Assembly: GCF_009914755.1 (NCBI RefSeq)
Contig: NC_060927.1
Direction: 5' to 3' (one strand)
DNA from: the human T2T-CHM13v2.0 reference genome, Homo sapiens
Length of the DNA: 64,000 nucleotides
The translations under genes and the position numbers were made by a program. This document shows positions 14,459 through 33,577 of the stretch, one piece after another. Within the stretch, counting starts at the first letter, position 1. Every line of letters begins with the position of its first letter. The notes under the pieces are model-generated. The model had not been told where the DNA came from. It made no database searches and saw nothing but the letters and a program-made list of their open reading frames with translations.

Positions 14459-15818
14459 GCAGACTACAGAGGAGGGTGAGCATTTCCCTTGTTCTAAAAG
14501 AAGGTAAGCCGTAAGGGATTGGGGAAGTAGGAAATGTGGGAGGGCTCAGATGGAAGAGCAGCAACAGTGCGAGCAGTAGCCAAAGGAGAGGGGAGTTTTT
14601 TGAGTTATCAGGTGGCAAAAGGAACATTACAAATGAGTCTTCCGTTACCCAAATGAGAAACAAGTTATGGAATTTAAAATTTGCCTGTTAATATTACCTC
14701 ATCTACAGGCTAGTGAATCCTGGGGCATTTGAGTTGTACATAAGTGATTGTGTCAGTATCTTCCCAACACCCACCCAAACCCTCCTACCCATTTCAAGTC
14801 CTCCTTCACCCCAGAATAATTCTGGGGTCATCTTATGCATTTAGCTTTTTCTACATATAGGTTAGAAACAGACTGTACAGCCATTTTCTTGGGCTTTCAG
14901 GCCTTGGTAACTTATCTTGGTGCCCACTTCTACCTAACATGGGATAAGCAGTAATCCAGAGCCAGAAGTCAGGAGATCTGAATTATTCAACAAATATTTA
15001 CTGAGCACCTACTGCGGTTCTAGGTCCTGGAGATACAGAGATGAATATATTTGGTCTGTGATCTCAAGGATAGTTTATTGAGACAGATTAATAGGAAATT
15101 ATGATGCAGTGTTGTAAGTGCTACGATGAGTGCTGAATCAAATCTCATATCCCAGAGTAGTCTTCATGGCGCTGTCACTAATTGAGCTGGTCACTCTAGT
15201 CAGTCACTTCTCAGGGACTTATGTGTAGCATTTCCAGCTATCAAATTCCTAAGTCCACTTACTGTATTCTACTACAGTGTGGCAGTTTTGATTGACAACT
15301 AGAAAGGAATCAAGGAGGTGAAGGGATTGGCAAAATGAATAAGGGAGTATGCTTGTTAACAAGGATTGAATGAAATTACACGAATATTGAGAATATTTTA
15401 AATGCATTCATTTTAATGAAAACTGTACTTCGAAGCATATGTTAGCAGAGGTTGTAGTGACGGCAAATTATACAAACACTTGATAGAAATTCCAGAAATT
15501 CTCCTGCCTTTTGAGAAGCAGTAGGCATATGAACTAAAGGGAGTGAAATCCACCTTAGGAAGACCTGCCAAAAAGCTGATTCTTCAAAAAAGTGTTCTCG
15601 AAATCTTAGTGTAACTGGCACCAACACCCATCCCCAATGCCTCGTTTTTTTTCCAGCAGAACTGACAAGGTACAAACGGACCCCGCCCAGCCTGGAAGGC
15701 TTCTCTAATGTTGGCAGAGTAGGTTGGACTTGTTTTTGCACAAATCGCCTTTCCCTCTTTCCCTACTCCACTTGCACTGAATATTGCACTTTCTTCCTTA
15801 CTGAAGCGGGATTCCTGC

Positions 15819-16023
<205 letters not shown>

Positions 16024-16349
16024 TGACCACCTCAAGCTGAATATAAGTAGCCGCAGACACCGTTTGCATGACCCAGGAACCACAAACACGGAGCGAAGGC
16101 CTGCCGGGACCACGCTGAGCTTCACTACTGGCAGCCAACTCACTTCCGGGGGTGCACTCAGCACAGCAGTGGCCCAACCCGCCCTCAACCGGAAGTCTTT
16201 TGGGCTCCGGCTTCGCCGTCGCCCCGCCCCCTGGCCTTTGCCCCGGTCGGGCGGGACTTCCTGTGTCGTATTTCCAAGGACTCCAAAGCGAGGCCGGGGA
16301 CTGAAGGTGTGGGTGTCGAGCCCTCTGGCAGAGGGTTAACCTGGGTCAA

Positions 16350-16409
16350 ATGCACGGATTCTCACCTCGTACAGTTACGCTCTCCCGCGGCACGTCCGCG
16401 AGGACTTGA
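16350..16409 (+). other. Upstream ORF (19 aa) in TIMMDC1 5' leader
   Basis: ATG 16350 to TGA 16407-09, MHGFSPRTVTLSRGTSART; same frame as main ATG; weak Kozak; translation not shown. Confidence 0.5.
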
Positions 16410-16451
16410 AGTCCTGAGCGCTCAAGTTTGTCCGTAGGTCGAGAGAAGGCC

Positions 16452-16645
16452 ATGGAGGTGCCGCCACCGGCACCGCGGAGCTTTCTCTGTAGAGCATTGT
16501 GCCTATTTCCCCGAGTCTTTGCTGCCGAAGCTGTGACTGCCGATTCGGAAGTCCTTGAGGAGCGTCAGAAGCGGCTTCCCTACGTCCCAGAGCCCTATTA
16601 CCCGGAATCTGGATGGGACCGCCTCCGGGAGCTGTTTGGCAAAGA
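16452..16645 (+). CDS. TIMMDC1: TIMMDC1 exon 1 coding part, 194 bp
   Basis: GCCATGG Kozak; [64 protein letters not shown]; GTAAAA donor 16646. Confidence 0.97.
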
Positions 16646-16785
16646 GTAAAAGTGCCTAGGGTGTGAAGTGGGGTAGGGGGCCGCGAAAGCGGTGTCCTGC
16701 AGCGTGGGCAGCCTGGGTCAGCCTTAGGACACCAAGGATGGTGTGCTTCATTTTTAGATTATATTTGAGGTTCTGATATTTGTAA

Positions 16786-17445
<660 letters not shown>

Positions 17446-18412
17446 AGAAGGGCAATTATTTTATAGTAACTTAATACTTAAGACAGCTATTTGTTAGAGC
17501 AGTCTCAGGATGACATCTTGGAAGCTTCATTAGCAGTTCTAGCTTCTTATGCATTTGAGAGTAACAAATCGAATTAAATAGTAGTTTTTCCTTGTTATTT
17601 TAGATTGGCATGTGCCACCCACTGCATAGTGAACTTTCCCAGTGCGTTTTTAAAAAAACATTTATTTGTTTATTTTTAGAGCCAGGATCTTTGCTATGTT
17701 GCTATGCTGGATTTGAACTCGGGCTCAAGTCCTACCTCAGCCTCCTAAGTTAGCTGTGACTACAGGCGTGTGCTACTGTGCCCAGCCCAGTGCTTTTATT
17801 AGTACAGTCCTATCTGAGTATTTCATGAAATTATTTAGTAAAATAGAATTTAGATTTTTTGTCTTACATCCACGTTTTTATTCTTTCATACATTGCCCTA
17901 AAATCTCACGAGTTGGTGTGATTTCTAAAAGTTAACTTAAGATTTAAACGGAAATATTGGTCTCTCTATCCAACTCACAAATTCTTCCTATTTCTAGGGG
18001 TGTAATAGTCATCAAAAGCACCTTTTAAAAAACTTTTTATTGGAGTAGGAAATGCATTTCGAAAAATGTGCCTAAGTATACTGATGGATGAATTTTCACA
18101 AACTGAACATAGCTGTACCCAGCACTAAGAAAGAAATGGCAACTATTGTAACATCCCAAAAGCTCCCCTTGTGCCTTTTCCGGTCATTGTCTTTTCAGGA
18201 GTTGCCACTATCCTAATTCTAACACCATAGCTTCGTTTTGTCTGAGACTACGTTCCTTTTAATATAACTGAACTGTTTAATTCATCTGAGAATTCTACCT
18301 ATGATGAAAAATGTTGTGGTGGTAGCATTTGGGTTAATTCTGATTATAGAGTCTCTTGGAGAGCAATGTCCATAAACTAATCCCAAACAACATTGTCTTT
18401 TTGATGTTGTAG

Positions 18413-18578
18413 TGAACAGCAGAGAATTTCAAAGGACCTTGCTAATATCTGTAAGACGGCAGCTACAGCAGGCATCATTGGCTGGGTGTATGGGGGAATA
18501 CCAGCTTTTATTCATGCTAAACAACAATACATTGAGCAGAGCCAGGCAGAAATTTATCATAACCGGTTTGATGCTGTG
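18413..18578 (+). CDS. TIMMDC1: TIMMDC1 exon 2, 166 bp
   Basis: tgtAG / GTATGT; [55 protein letters not shown]. Confidence 0.96.
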
Positions 18579-19024
18579 GTATGTACTGGTGATCTAAAGA
18601 AATTTGGGGCACACTGACTTAGTAATTCACTTTACACTTAATCATTCAATTAGGTTGTGGGGATGGAGGGTTGTTTTAAGGTGTCAGAGTAAAGAAATAA
18701 AGTCTGTACTTAATAACAGTGGAAGTACTAATGTTAAAGTGCCTGCATGTTGTTTGAGAGACTACTTTGTTATCTTCAGAACAGGCATGTTTGGCATCAC
18801 CACTGTGGCTTTTCTTTCTCAAATACATTTCTTCCAATCCCCTGCTAAATCGTCAAGGCTCAGCTGTAACATATTTACCTCATTCACAAAGCCTCCATGA
18901 GTATAGGAGCTCACACTAAAGCAATAGTTAACATTTATAACTTTATAGAGTGCTAACTCGTTTGTTACATCATTAGATCTGTACATCAGTTCTTTTGTGA
19001 GAATATTAAAGCTCAGAGAATTTT

Positions 19025-20800
<1,776 letters not shown>

Positions 20801-20805
20801 TTCAT

Positions 20806-21040
20806 TACAGGTTGAGCAGCACAAATCTGAAATCCTGAATGCTCAGATTCAAAACTTTTTGAGCATTGACACGTCATTCAAAGGAATTGCTCATTGGAGC
20901 ATTTCAGATTTCGGTTTTTTGGATTTGGGATGCTCAACCAGTAAGTGTTAAAAGCGCATATTCCCAAATCTGAAAAAATCCTAAATCCAAGTATCAGATA
21001 AGGGATCTGGTCTCAAGTATCAGATAAGGGATACTCAACC
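20806..21040. mobile_element. Tigger4/MER46-type DNA transposon
   Basis: TACAGGTTGAG..GGATACTCAACC termini. Confidence 0.8.
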
Positions 21041-21249
21041 ATTTTTTCATCTCCTGATAGGATAGGCTACACATGGAACTTTTACGTAAGCCTCAATACT
21101 TAAAGAATAGTATTTCTAGAGATTTTCTAGTATTTCTATCTGTTTGGGTGTACCTGACTAATCCATAGCTAAAATTCCTCTACCGCAGTTCTAGAATAAG
21201 GAAAATATGATGGTGTCTTAGAACCTCACAGTTTTTTAATTAACTTTAG

Positions 21250-21338
21250 CAATCTGCACATCGTGCTGCCACACGAGGCTTCATTCGTTATGGCTGGCGC
21301 TGGGGTTGGAGAACTGCAGTGTTTGTGACTATATTCAA
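21250..21338 (+). CDS. TIMMDC1: TIMMDC1 exon 3, 89 bp
   Basis: tttAG / GTAAGT; [29 protein letters not shown](N), Tim17-family motif. Confidence 0.96.
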
Positions 21339-21671
21339 GTAAGTTCACTCTGAATTGTGAGATAGTGAATTTTCTTGATATTGTTTTAGGAGTGTGTCTT
21401 TTGAGCAGGTGGGGTTATGAAAACTGAATACCCACATGAAAGTGATTAATAATGCCTTTTTTTTTTTTTCAAGAACTTTTCTCTGTGTAAAAGACTGGTG
21501 TAGTTATGGTTTTACAACCATGTCTGGAACACATTGAAGGGGCCTAGGCTAGGAACAGGGATTGATATAGTAGGCTTTTCTAAATCTATTAAGTCAGTGA
21601 AAATAACACTCAAGAAGGTAAATGGGATATGCTTTAAATCTTATATTTTCCTTCTCCTCCCTTTTTACCAG

Positions 21672-21739
21672 CACAGTGAACACTAGTCTGAATGTATACC
21701 GAAATAAAGATGCCTTAAGCCATTTTGTAATTGCAGGAG
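21672..21739 (+). CDS. TIMMDC1: TIMMDC1 exon 4, 68 bp
   Basis: accAG / GTAAGA; [22 protein letters not shown]. Confidence 0.96.
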
Positions 21740-21879
21740 GTAAGACATTTTTGTTTATATTTTTCAGTCTTCTCAAATACAGTTTAGAAAATGTGTAAGG
21801 ACTTATACATCAGAACTACTGAATTCTTTGGTTGGCTTCCCATTACATCTCATCAACATTGATGCAAAATGTATTTATG

Positions 21880-22285
21880 GACAGTGTTGTGCTTCACCCT
21901 TGATATACTCAATGGGCAAAACAGCAAGGCCCTTGCTTTCTTTGAATTTTAATGTCTAATATGTATGTGATAATACAGGTTGTTGTGATAGAAAGTAACA
22001 ATTCGGTGGAACAATGGGATCTCATATGGACAGGGTAGTCAAAGAAGGCCTTTCTGAGGAAGTGACATTTGAGCTGATACCAAAGAATAGGAAGGAGCAA
22101 GACTTGCAAGGAAGGGTGTCCTAAATAGAGGGAACATCAAGGGGGAAGGCTCTAAGGCAAAACATTTCCTTAAAAGCAGGATAATAACGTGGTGAGTGAG
22201 GGAAAGAGTAGCTTGAGATGAGATTGGTGAGGACTATAGGAATGGACTAGATTTTTTATGGTAAGAACTTGGATTTTATTTTAAA
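21880..22285 (-). mobile_element. L2 fragment
   Basis: GAAGGCCTTTCTGAGGAAGTGACATTTGAGCTGA..TTGGATTTTATT. Confidence 0.65.
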
Positions 22286-22339
22286 GCTCTCTGCCTCTAG
22301 TATATATATGTATATTTTCTTTTTAATGAGCATTAAAAA

Positions 22340-22970
<631 letters not shown>

Positions 22971-23078
22971 AAAATGAGCATTCGTTTCAGAAAGGTAAGT
23001 TAACTGCTATATACACTCAATCACTAACTTGTGTACATTCTTTTATGTACAACACACATATGTATTCTGAACATAAGT

Positions 23079-23384
23079 TTGTTTTTGTTTTTTTTTTTGA
23101 GATGGAGTTTTGCTCTTGTTGCCCAGGCTGGAGTACAATGGCGCGATCTCAGCTCACCACAACCTCCGCCTCCCAGGTTCAAGGGATTCTCTCCTGCCTC
23201 AGCCTCCCTAGTAGCTGGGATTACAGGCATGCGCCACCATTCCCAGCTAATTTTTTGTATTTTTAGCAGAGAAGGGGTTTCTCCATGTTGGTCAGGCTGG
23301 TCTCGAACTCCCGACCTCAGGTGATCCGCCCATCTCGGCCTCTCAGAGTGCTGGGATTACAGGCGTAAGCTACCACGCCCGGCC
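23079..23384 (-). mobile_element. AluS
   Basis: Full dimer; TSD TGAACATAA. Confidence 0.9.
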
Positions 23385-23959
23385 TGAACATAACAGTTTT
23401 TAAATGTTTTTTTGGGAATAAGCTTACAAAAGATTGCAAAATAAAAATAATACAAAGGGCAGTCTCTATCCTTCACATACAGAGACTTAGCCATTGTTAA
23501 CAATTCATGCTGAGAATTTATCCGAAATTAAGTCAGACAACTTGCTTTATCTTCTTGCTACTGCATGCACTCTCCCTCTTCTCTGTGTATATGTGTACAC
23601 ACATGGGAAAACACACAATTTGAACTTTTTTTTTTAACTTTTAACTTCAGGGGTACATGTACAGGATGTGTAAGTTTGTTACTTAGGTAAACGCGTGTCA
23701 TGGAGATTTGCTATACAGATTCTTTCATCACCCAAGTATTAAGCCTAGTATCTTAGTTGTTTTTCCTGATCCTCAAACAACATTTTAATGAAAACTTTTT
23801 AAAATACAAAACTAGAAATAGGCATTAATAGCGTTAGAGCAGCCAGATTGTTTCATTTTTAAATTTGCAAGCATTTTTACATGGGTCTTGTCTACCCACT
23901 TTTACTTCCTTACTTGCTCCTGCTGTTACGTTCTCTGTCAATTGTTAAATGTGAAAACC

Positions 23960-24252
23960 AGGCCAGGCACAGTGGCTCACGCCTGTAACCAGCACTTTGG
24001 GAGGCCAAGGTGGGCAGATCGCTTGAGTATAGGAGTTTGAGAACAGCCTGGGCAACAAACATGGCAAGACCGTGTGTGTGCAAAAAGTTATCTGGGCATG
24101 GTGATTCATGCCTGTAGGCTCAGCTACTCAGGAGGCTGAGGTGGGAGGATGGCATGAGCCCAGGAGGTCGAGGCTACAGTGAGGTGTGATCATGCCACCT
24201 CATTCCAGCCTGGGCGACAGAGCGAGACCCTGTCTCAAAAAAAAAAAAAAAA
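23960..24252 (+). mobile_element. AluJ
   Basis: GAGCCCAGGAGGTCGAGGCTACAGTGAG J-type right arm. Confidence 0.88.
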
Positions 24253-24779
24253 CTAGAAACCAAGGAATGATATGGTTCTGCTCTTTTTTCTCTTTCCACT
24301 TCTTGTCCTATTAATTATACTCATTAAATATATATGGATTCTTTCACTTCTTTTTTCCCACTGCTACTATCTTATCGTCCCTGTTTCTAATCTTGATGTG
24401 CTCTACCTGTAACCTAGTTACATTTTTGAAATATGAATATGATTTTGCCACTTTTCTGTTTGAAATTCTTCTATAGTTTCCTGTCACTTTAATGTCAATT
24501 CTTGATCTGGCTTCCATGCGCCACTCTTTTGCTTTCACTTTACAATCTCCTCGGATTTCCCAACATGTTCTTTCCTTTTGTGAATCAGTCCCTCTTCTTG
24601 AATGCACTTTCCCACTACCACAATTAATTTTGTTCGGCTCCTACTTAACCTTACCTTTCAAAGTCCAGATCATTTGTCAGCCTCAGCTTCCCTAGAGAGT
24701 TCTCCCTAGCCATTTTCTCCCTAGCCATGTTTAGTTCTATTTAGCTGTCTTTCCCTTGTGTTCACATACTTCACTGTTT

Positions 24780-26240
24780 TTTTCTTTATCTTTGATTTTC
24801 TGCAGTTTGAAAATGATATGCCCAGGTGTAATTTTGAGGAACATTTACTGTGCTTGGTGTTTTCTGAACTTTCTGGATCTGTGGTTTGTTGTCTGACTTA
24901 ATTTAGGATAAATTCTCAGTGATTGTTTCAAAGATTTCTTTAGCTTTCTCTTCTCCTTCTGGTGTTCTAGTACACTTATACCTTTTGTAATTGTTTCACA
25001 GTTCTTGGATATTTTATTCTGTGTTTGTTTGTTTGTTTGTTTTTGGTGGAGGAGGTTCCCATCTTTTTTCTCTTTGTCTTTCGGTTTGGGAAGTGTCTGT
25101 TGATAATGTCTTCAAGCTCAGGGATTCTTTCCTCAGCTGTGTCCAGTCTACTATTCTTCAGTTCTGTTACAGTGGGTTTTTAAATTTGTTTTATCGCTAG
25201 CATTTCTTTTTGATTCTCTCTTCGAATTTCCATCTCTCTGCTTATATTGCCCATCTATTCTTGCATGCTATCTACTTTATCCATTAGAGCCCTTAGTGTA
25301 TTAGTCATAGTTGCTTTAATCTCTTCATATGGTAAGTCCAGTATCCCCACCATATCTGAGTCTGGTTTTGGTGCTTACTCTCTTAGTTTTACTTGGTCTC
25401 TTCAAACTGCTTTTGCCTTTTAGGATGCCTTGTAATTTTTTTTCTTGATAGCTGGACATGATGTACCTGGGTAAAAAAGGAATTATGGTAAATAGGTCTT
25501 TAGTAATTTGGTATTAAGATGTGGGAGAGGGAAAGTGTTTTGCAGTCCTATGATTAGGTTCTTAGTCTTTTAGTGAGCCTGTGCTTCTGAACTGTTAACT
25601 TCACAAGTGCTTTTCAGTTTTTTTCCTCTCCTTTGGTGGGACAGGATACTACAGTGGGTTGGAATGGGTATTTCCTTTCTCCCACATGGGAGGCTAGAGC
25701 AGTTGCATTTGGATATTCCCCAGGCTGGTTAATCTCTGACAAAACCCCAATAGTTTGGGCTGTGCAAAACCATTTATCTTGAGGGCAGGCCTTAGTGAGA
25801 ATAACGGAATGTTCTGGCATATTTCAAAATGGTTACTTTTCTTCCCCCTTGCCAGAAGCCTGAGGGGATTTTTCTCAGATCTTTACTGGGAGAACTTGGT
25901 AGAGCTCCTGGAGTGTGGGGACCCTCTATGATTGGCTCCCCTACAGTTTTTAGGTCTTAGACTTTTCTACACTGAACTTCCAGCAATTTATCATTTATAG
26001 TCAAGGTTTCCTACTCTGGTACTGGTTTCCATGGAGGCTTCTGCTCGTGGGTTTCTGCTCTAATAAGGTGTGATTCTCTGTATTTATCTGTCTGTCTCTC
26101 CTATTTTGAGGGCAGCAGTTTACCCATGATCTCACTTCTTTGGTGGATCTAAGAAGAGTTGTCAGTTTTTCCATTTGTTTAGCTTTTTACTTGTTGTTAG
26201 GAATAAGTGATAAACTCTAAACTTCTCACATGCCATACCA
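24780..26240 (-). mobile_element. Old L1M internal/5' fragment
   Basis: TGATTTTCTGCAGTTTGAAAATGATATGCCCAGGTGT..TTCTGGATCTGTGGTTTG. Confidence 0.6.
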
Positions 26241-26418
26241 GAAACTGGAAGTCTCCCTTTCCTTTTTGCCCCACATCTTGACAAGCTGATAAGAAAGCCC
26301 AAGTGCTACCTTGGTTGACACCAGCAGGAAGTTTCAACCATGCAAGCTCAGGCCTACATGAGGGAGCTCTTGCTCTAGCCCCACCTTCTAAAACCACAAG
26401 CCAGTCAGTCAGCCTTCA

Positions 26419-29960
<3,542 letters not shown>

Positions 29961-29984
29961 TTAGTATGTACACCATGGCCCCAG

Positions 29985-30757
29985 TTTTTGTGTTTTTGTT
30001 TTATTTTGTTTTTTTAGACAGAGTCTTGCTCTTTTGTCCAGGCAAGAGTGCAGTGACGCGATCTCGGCTCACTGCAACCTCTGCCGCCTGGGTTCAAGTG
30101 ATTCTCCTGCCTCAGCCTCCTGAGTAGCTAGGATTACAGGTGTGTGCCGCCATGCCCGGCTAATTTTTGTATTTTTAGTAGAGACGGGGTTTCAGCATCT
30201 TGGCCAGGCTGGTCTTGAATTCCTGACTTTCGTGATCCACCCGTCTCGGCCTCCTAAAGTGCTGGGATTACAGGTGTGAGCCACCGTGCCCGGCCCCAGT
30301 TGTTGTTTTTGTTTTTTGTTTTATTTTGTTTGGAGGATCAGAAAAAAAGACTAACTTATTACTGACTCTGGGTAATGGGATTAAAGGTGATTTTGATTCT
30401 TGTTAATTTTGAAAATTTTAAAAATGAATATATAGTACTTAAAAATATAAACCTCAACTGTTATTTATTTTGTTTTTTGAGACAGTCTCATTCTTCCGCT
30501 GAGGCTAGAGTGCAGGAGTGTGATATCTGCTCACTGCAGCCTCCGCCTCTGGGGTTCAAACAATTCTTGTGCCTCCGCCTCCTGAGTAGCTGGGATTACA
30601 GGCGTGCACCACAATACCCAGCTAATTTTTGTATCTTTAGTAGAGGCAGGGTTTTGCCATGTTGTCCAGGCTGACTTAGAACTCCTGACCTCAAGTGATC
30701 CGCCTGCCTTGGCCTCCCAAAGTGTTGGGATTACAGGTGTGAGCCATTGCACCTGGC
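29985..30757 (-). mobile_element. Two antisense AluS (29985-30295, 30461-30757)
   Basis: Full Alu dimers. Confidence 0.9.
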
Positions 30758-31358
30758 TTCAAATGTTATTATTTAAAAAGTGTTACCACCTTAGATGGCA
30801 TTAGTTGCATTGTGCATAGTGAAAGGAAAATGAATGAGCATGATTGATGCACAGTCCCAGCAGAAAGGAAAGAAGTCTTTCTGTGCACTGGTCACCAGGT
30901 AGCATTGTAGGCCAAATGCTGCTTGCTTGTCACCCTGCCTGAGTGGTGCCATGTAGCAGTACAGAGAGAGTGAGTCTAGGGGAAGGCATAAACTGGAGGG
31001 GCTAGTGAAGGTTTTTTGCTTTTTTATTTTCCTTGAAGAAAGAAGAAAGAAAGAGAAGGGGAAAAACATTTTCAGATTTTTAAGGAGAGATGGGCAAAAA
31101 TGAAGCAGAATGAATGGATCCATAGAACATATTGAAGATTTACTTTTGTAGAAGGGATGTGTCTTCCTTTGAATCTGCAGAGTGGATGGGAAGCTACCTG
31201 TGTTGGCATTTTAGATTCAGGAAGTATAGGCTGTAGTAGTATATTAACATTGGATTCAGAAAGCTCACTTAGGGATTTCCTTTTTGTAGAAGGAAAGTTT
31301 TAAAATAGGATTCTAGTTTTAAAGATGATTTAATATTGCCTTTCTTGTTTTTAAATAG

Positions 31359-31437
31359 CTGTCACGGGAAGTCTTTTTAGGATAAACGTAGGCCTGCGTG
31401 GCCTGGTGGCTGGTGGCATAATTGGAGCCTTGCTGGG
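31359..31437 (+). CDS. TIMMDC1: TIMMDC1 exon 5, 79 bp
   Basis: aatAG / GTAAGC; AVTGSLFRINVGLRGLVAGGIIGALL(G). Confidence 0.96.
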
Positions 31438-31889
31438 GTAAGCATTAACATGGTTTGGTTCTAAATTGGCACAATTTTCATTAATACCTTGCCTATTAAA
31501 AAGTCTCATTTATTTTCAAAGAACAAATTTAATCCTTAGAATCTATAAAAGATCTCTAGTCTTGCATTGGCAGTAGCTTTGACTGTCCATTCTAATTCTA
31601 CCCCAATAGTTTATCTTATTTACAGTTTTTATTTATAGTTTCTTTTACTTAGTAGTTATTACAATAAATAACATTGACTCAATACAACTATCTAAGATAG
31701 GGCCCTTATTCAAAATGCCTTTTTACCAGCTAAAACTGTTTAAATATTGCTAACACCTGAAACTATAGTTCGAACACAGGTATTTATGGGAGCAGGGAAA
31801 AAAGAACAAAAAACAGTTAACAAGCATATTCTGTAAAAATTGTTAGGATTTTGTTTGTTTTGCTTAATACATTTTTAAAAAATGTTCTT

Positions 31890-32400
31890 CCTCAATTTTT
31901 TACTTTGAACAATTTCAAACCTACAGAAAAGTTGAATGAATTAGTACATTGAAACCCCATATACCCTTCACCTAGATTCACCAGTTGTTAACGCCTTGGT
32001 GATATTTTCCATATCTATGTATATGTGTGGGATGTGAATATATTTCTTTTTCTTTCCGTTTGCTTCTTGGCTAAACTGTTTGAGACCTCATGATACTTCA
32101 CCCCCATATATATCAGCATGTATCTCCCAGGATGAAGAATACTCTTCCATGAAATCATAATACAATTATCACAGTAAACATTGTTTCAACACAACTATCT
32201 AAGTTAGGGTCTATATTAAAAACTCCTCAGTTATCATACTAATGCCCACATGTTTCTCCATTTTGTTTGATCATCCCATCATGATTAGATTAATGTATTT
32301 TTGTCAGGAATACAACATAGGTGAAGTTGTATCCTCATGTATCACATCAGGAGATATTCTGTCACCCATTATAAGTAATATTAACTTTAATTACTTGATA
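31890..32400 (-). mobile_element. L1MC4-type fragment
   Basis: AATTTCAAACCTACAGAAAAGTTG..CCCATATACCCTTCACCTAGATTCACCAGTTGTTAAC. Confidence 0.75.
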
Positions 32401-33350
32401 TATTGGTTTTCTGCTGTGCAACAAATTACCACAAACTGAGCATGTATTGCATGTGAAACAACACCCTTGTAGTTCTGTAGATTATAAATCTGGCTGGGTT
32501 TCCCTGCTCAAGATTTTACAAGGCCAAAGTCAAGGTCTTGGCCGGGCTAGGCTCTTACCTGGAGGCTCTGGGGAAGAATCTGTTTCCAAGCTCATTCAGG
32601 TTGTTGACAGAATTTAGTTCCTTGTGGCCAGGCACAGTGGCTCACACCTGTAAAACCAGCAGTTTGGGAGGCCGAGGCAGGTAGATCACTTGTGATCAGG
32701 AGTTTGAGACCAGCCTGGCCAACATGGTGAAATGCTGTCTCTACTAAAAATACAAAAATTAGCCAGGTGTGGTGGCAAGCGCCTGTAATCACAGATACTC
32801 GGGAGGCTGAGGCAGGAGGATTGCTTGAACCCCATATACCCTTCACCTAGGCAGAGGCAGAGGTTGCAGTGAGCCAAGATCGCACCATTGCACTCCAGCC
32901 TGGGCAACAGAGTAAGACTCCATCTCAAAAAAAAAAAAAAAAAGAGGAAAAACTAAAAAAGAATTTACTTCCTTGTGCCTTGAGGTCTGAGGTCCCTGTT
33001 TTCCTTGCAGGCTGTCAGCCAGACTATTCTCTGTTCCTGGAGGCCACCCACATTTCTTCTCCTAGGGCCCCTTTGTGTTTAAACCAGCTACAGCACATTA
33101 ACCCCTTCTCATACTTCAAATCTTTAACTTCTACTCTGCCACCAGCCAGGGAAAACTCTGCTTTTGAGTGTTCACTCAGATAGCCATCTCCTTTTTCATT
33201 ATCTCAGATTCAACTAATTAGTAACCTTAATTACATTTCTGAAATCAATTTTGCCATGTAAGATAATATAATCATGGGCATAATATATTCACAGTTGAGG
33301 GATTAGGCAGGATATTTGGGGGGACCACTTTAGAATTCTGCCTACCACAC
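32400..33350 (-). mobile_element. MLT1 (MaLR) LTR interrupted by AluS (32626-32943, +)
   Basis: GCTGTGCAACAAATTACCACAAACT..GGAGGCTCTGGGGAAGAATCTGTTTCCAAGCTCATTCAGGTTGTTG..TTCTGCCTACCACA. Confidence 0.8.
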
Positions 33351-33577
33351 TTGGTTAAGGTGTTATCTGTTCAGTGTCTCCATTGCAAAGATATCTTTTT
33401 CCCAATGTGATTAATTAGTAATCTGGAGGGTGAAACTGAATATTCTGCTCTCCAGCTATCTTTTCATCATGTGTTTTTAATGATCCATTGACGACCCATG
33501 CTGTAATCGGTTGGTTACTAGAAAGGTGGTTGTAAATGTTGATAAGCTAGTTCTGTCAGTTCTTCTGTTTTTATTAG

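Larger units (their letters stand above)
16050..16710 (+). promoter_or_regulatory. TIMMDC1: TIMMDC1 CpG-island, TATA-less promoter and exon 1
   Basis: Only CpG-dense non-Alu stretch in the window; ETS/GABP motifs ACTTCCGG 16142-49 and CCGGAAGT 16189-96, ACTTCCTG ~16256; GC boxes ~16221-30 and ~16249-55. Confidence 0.88.
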
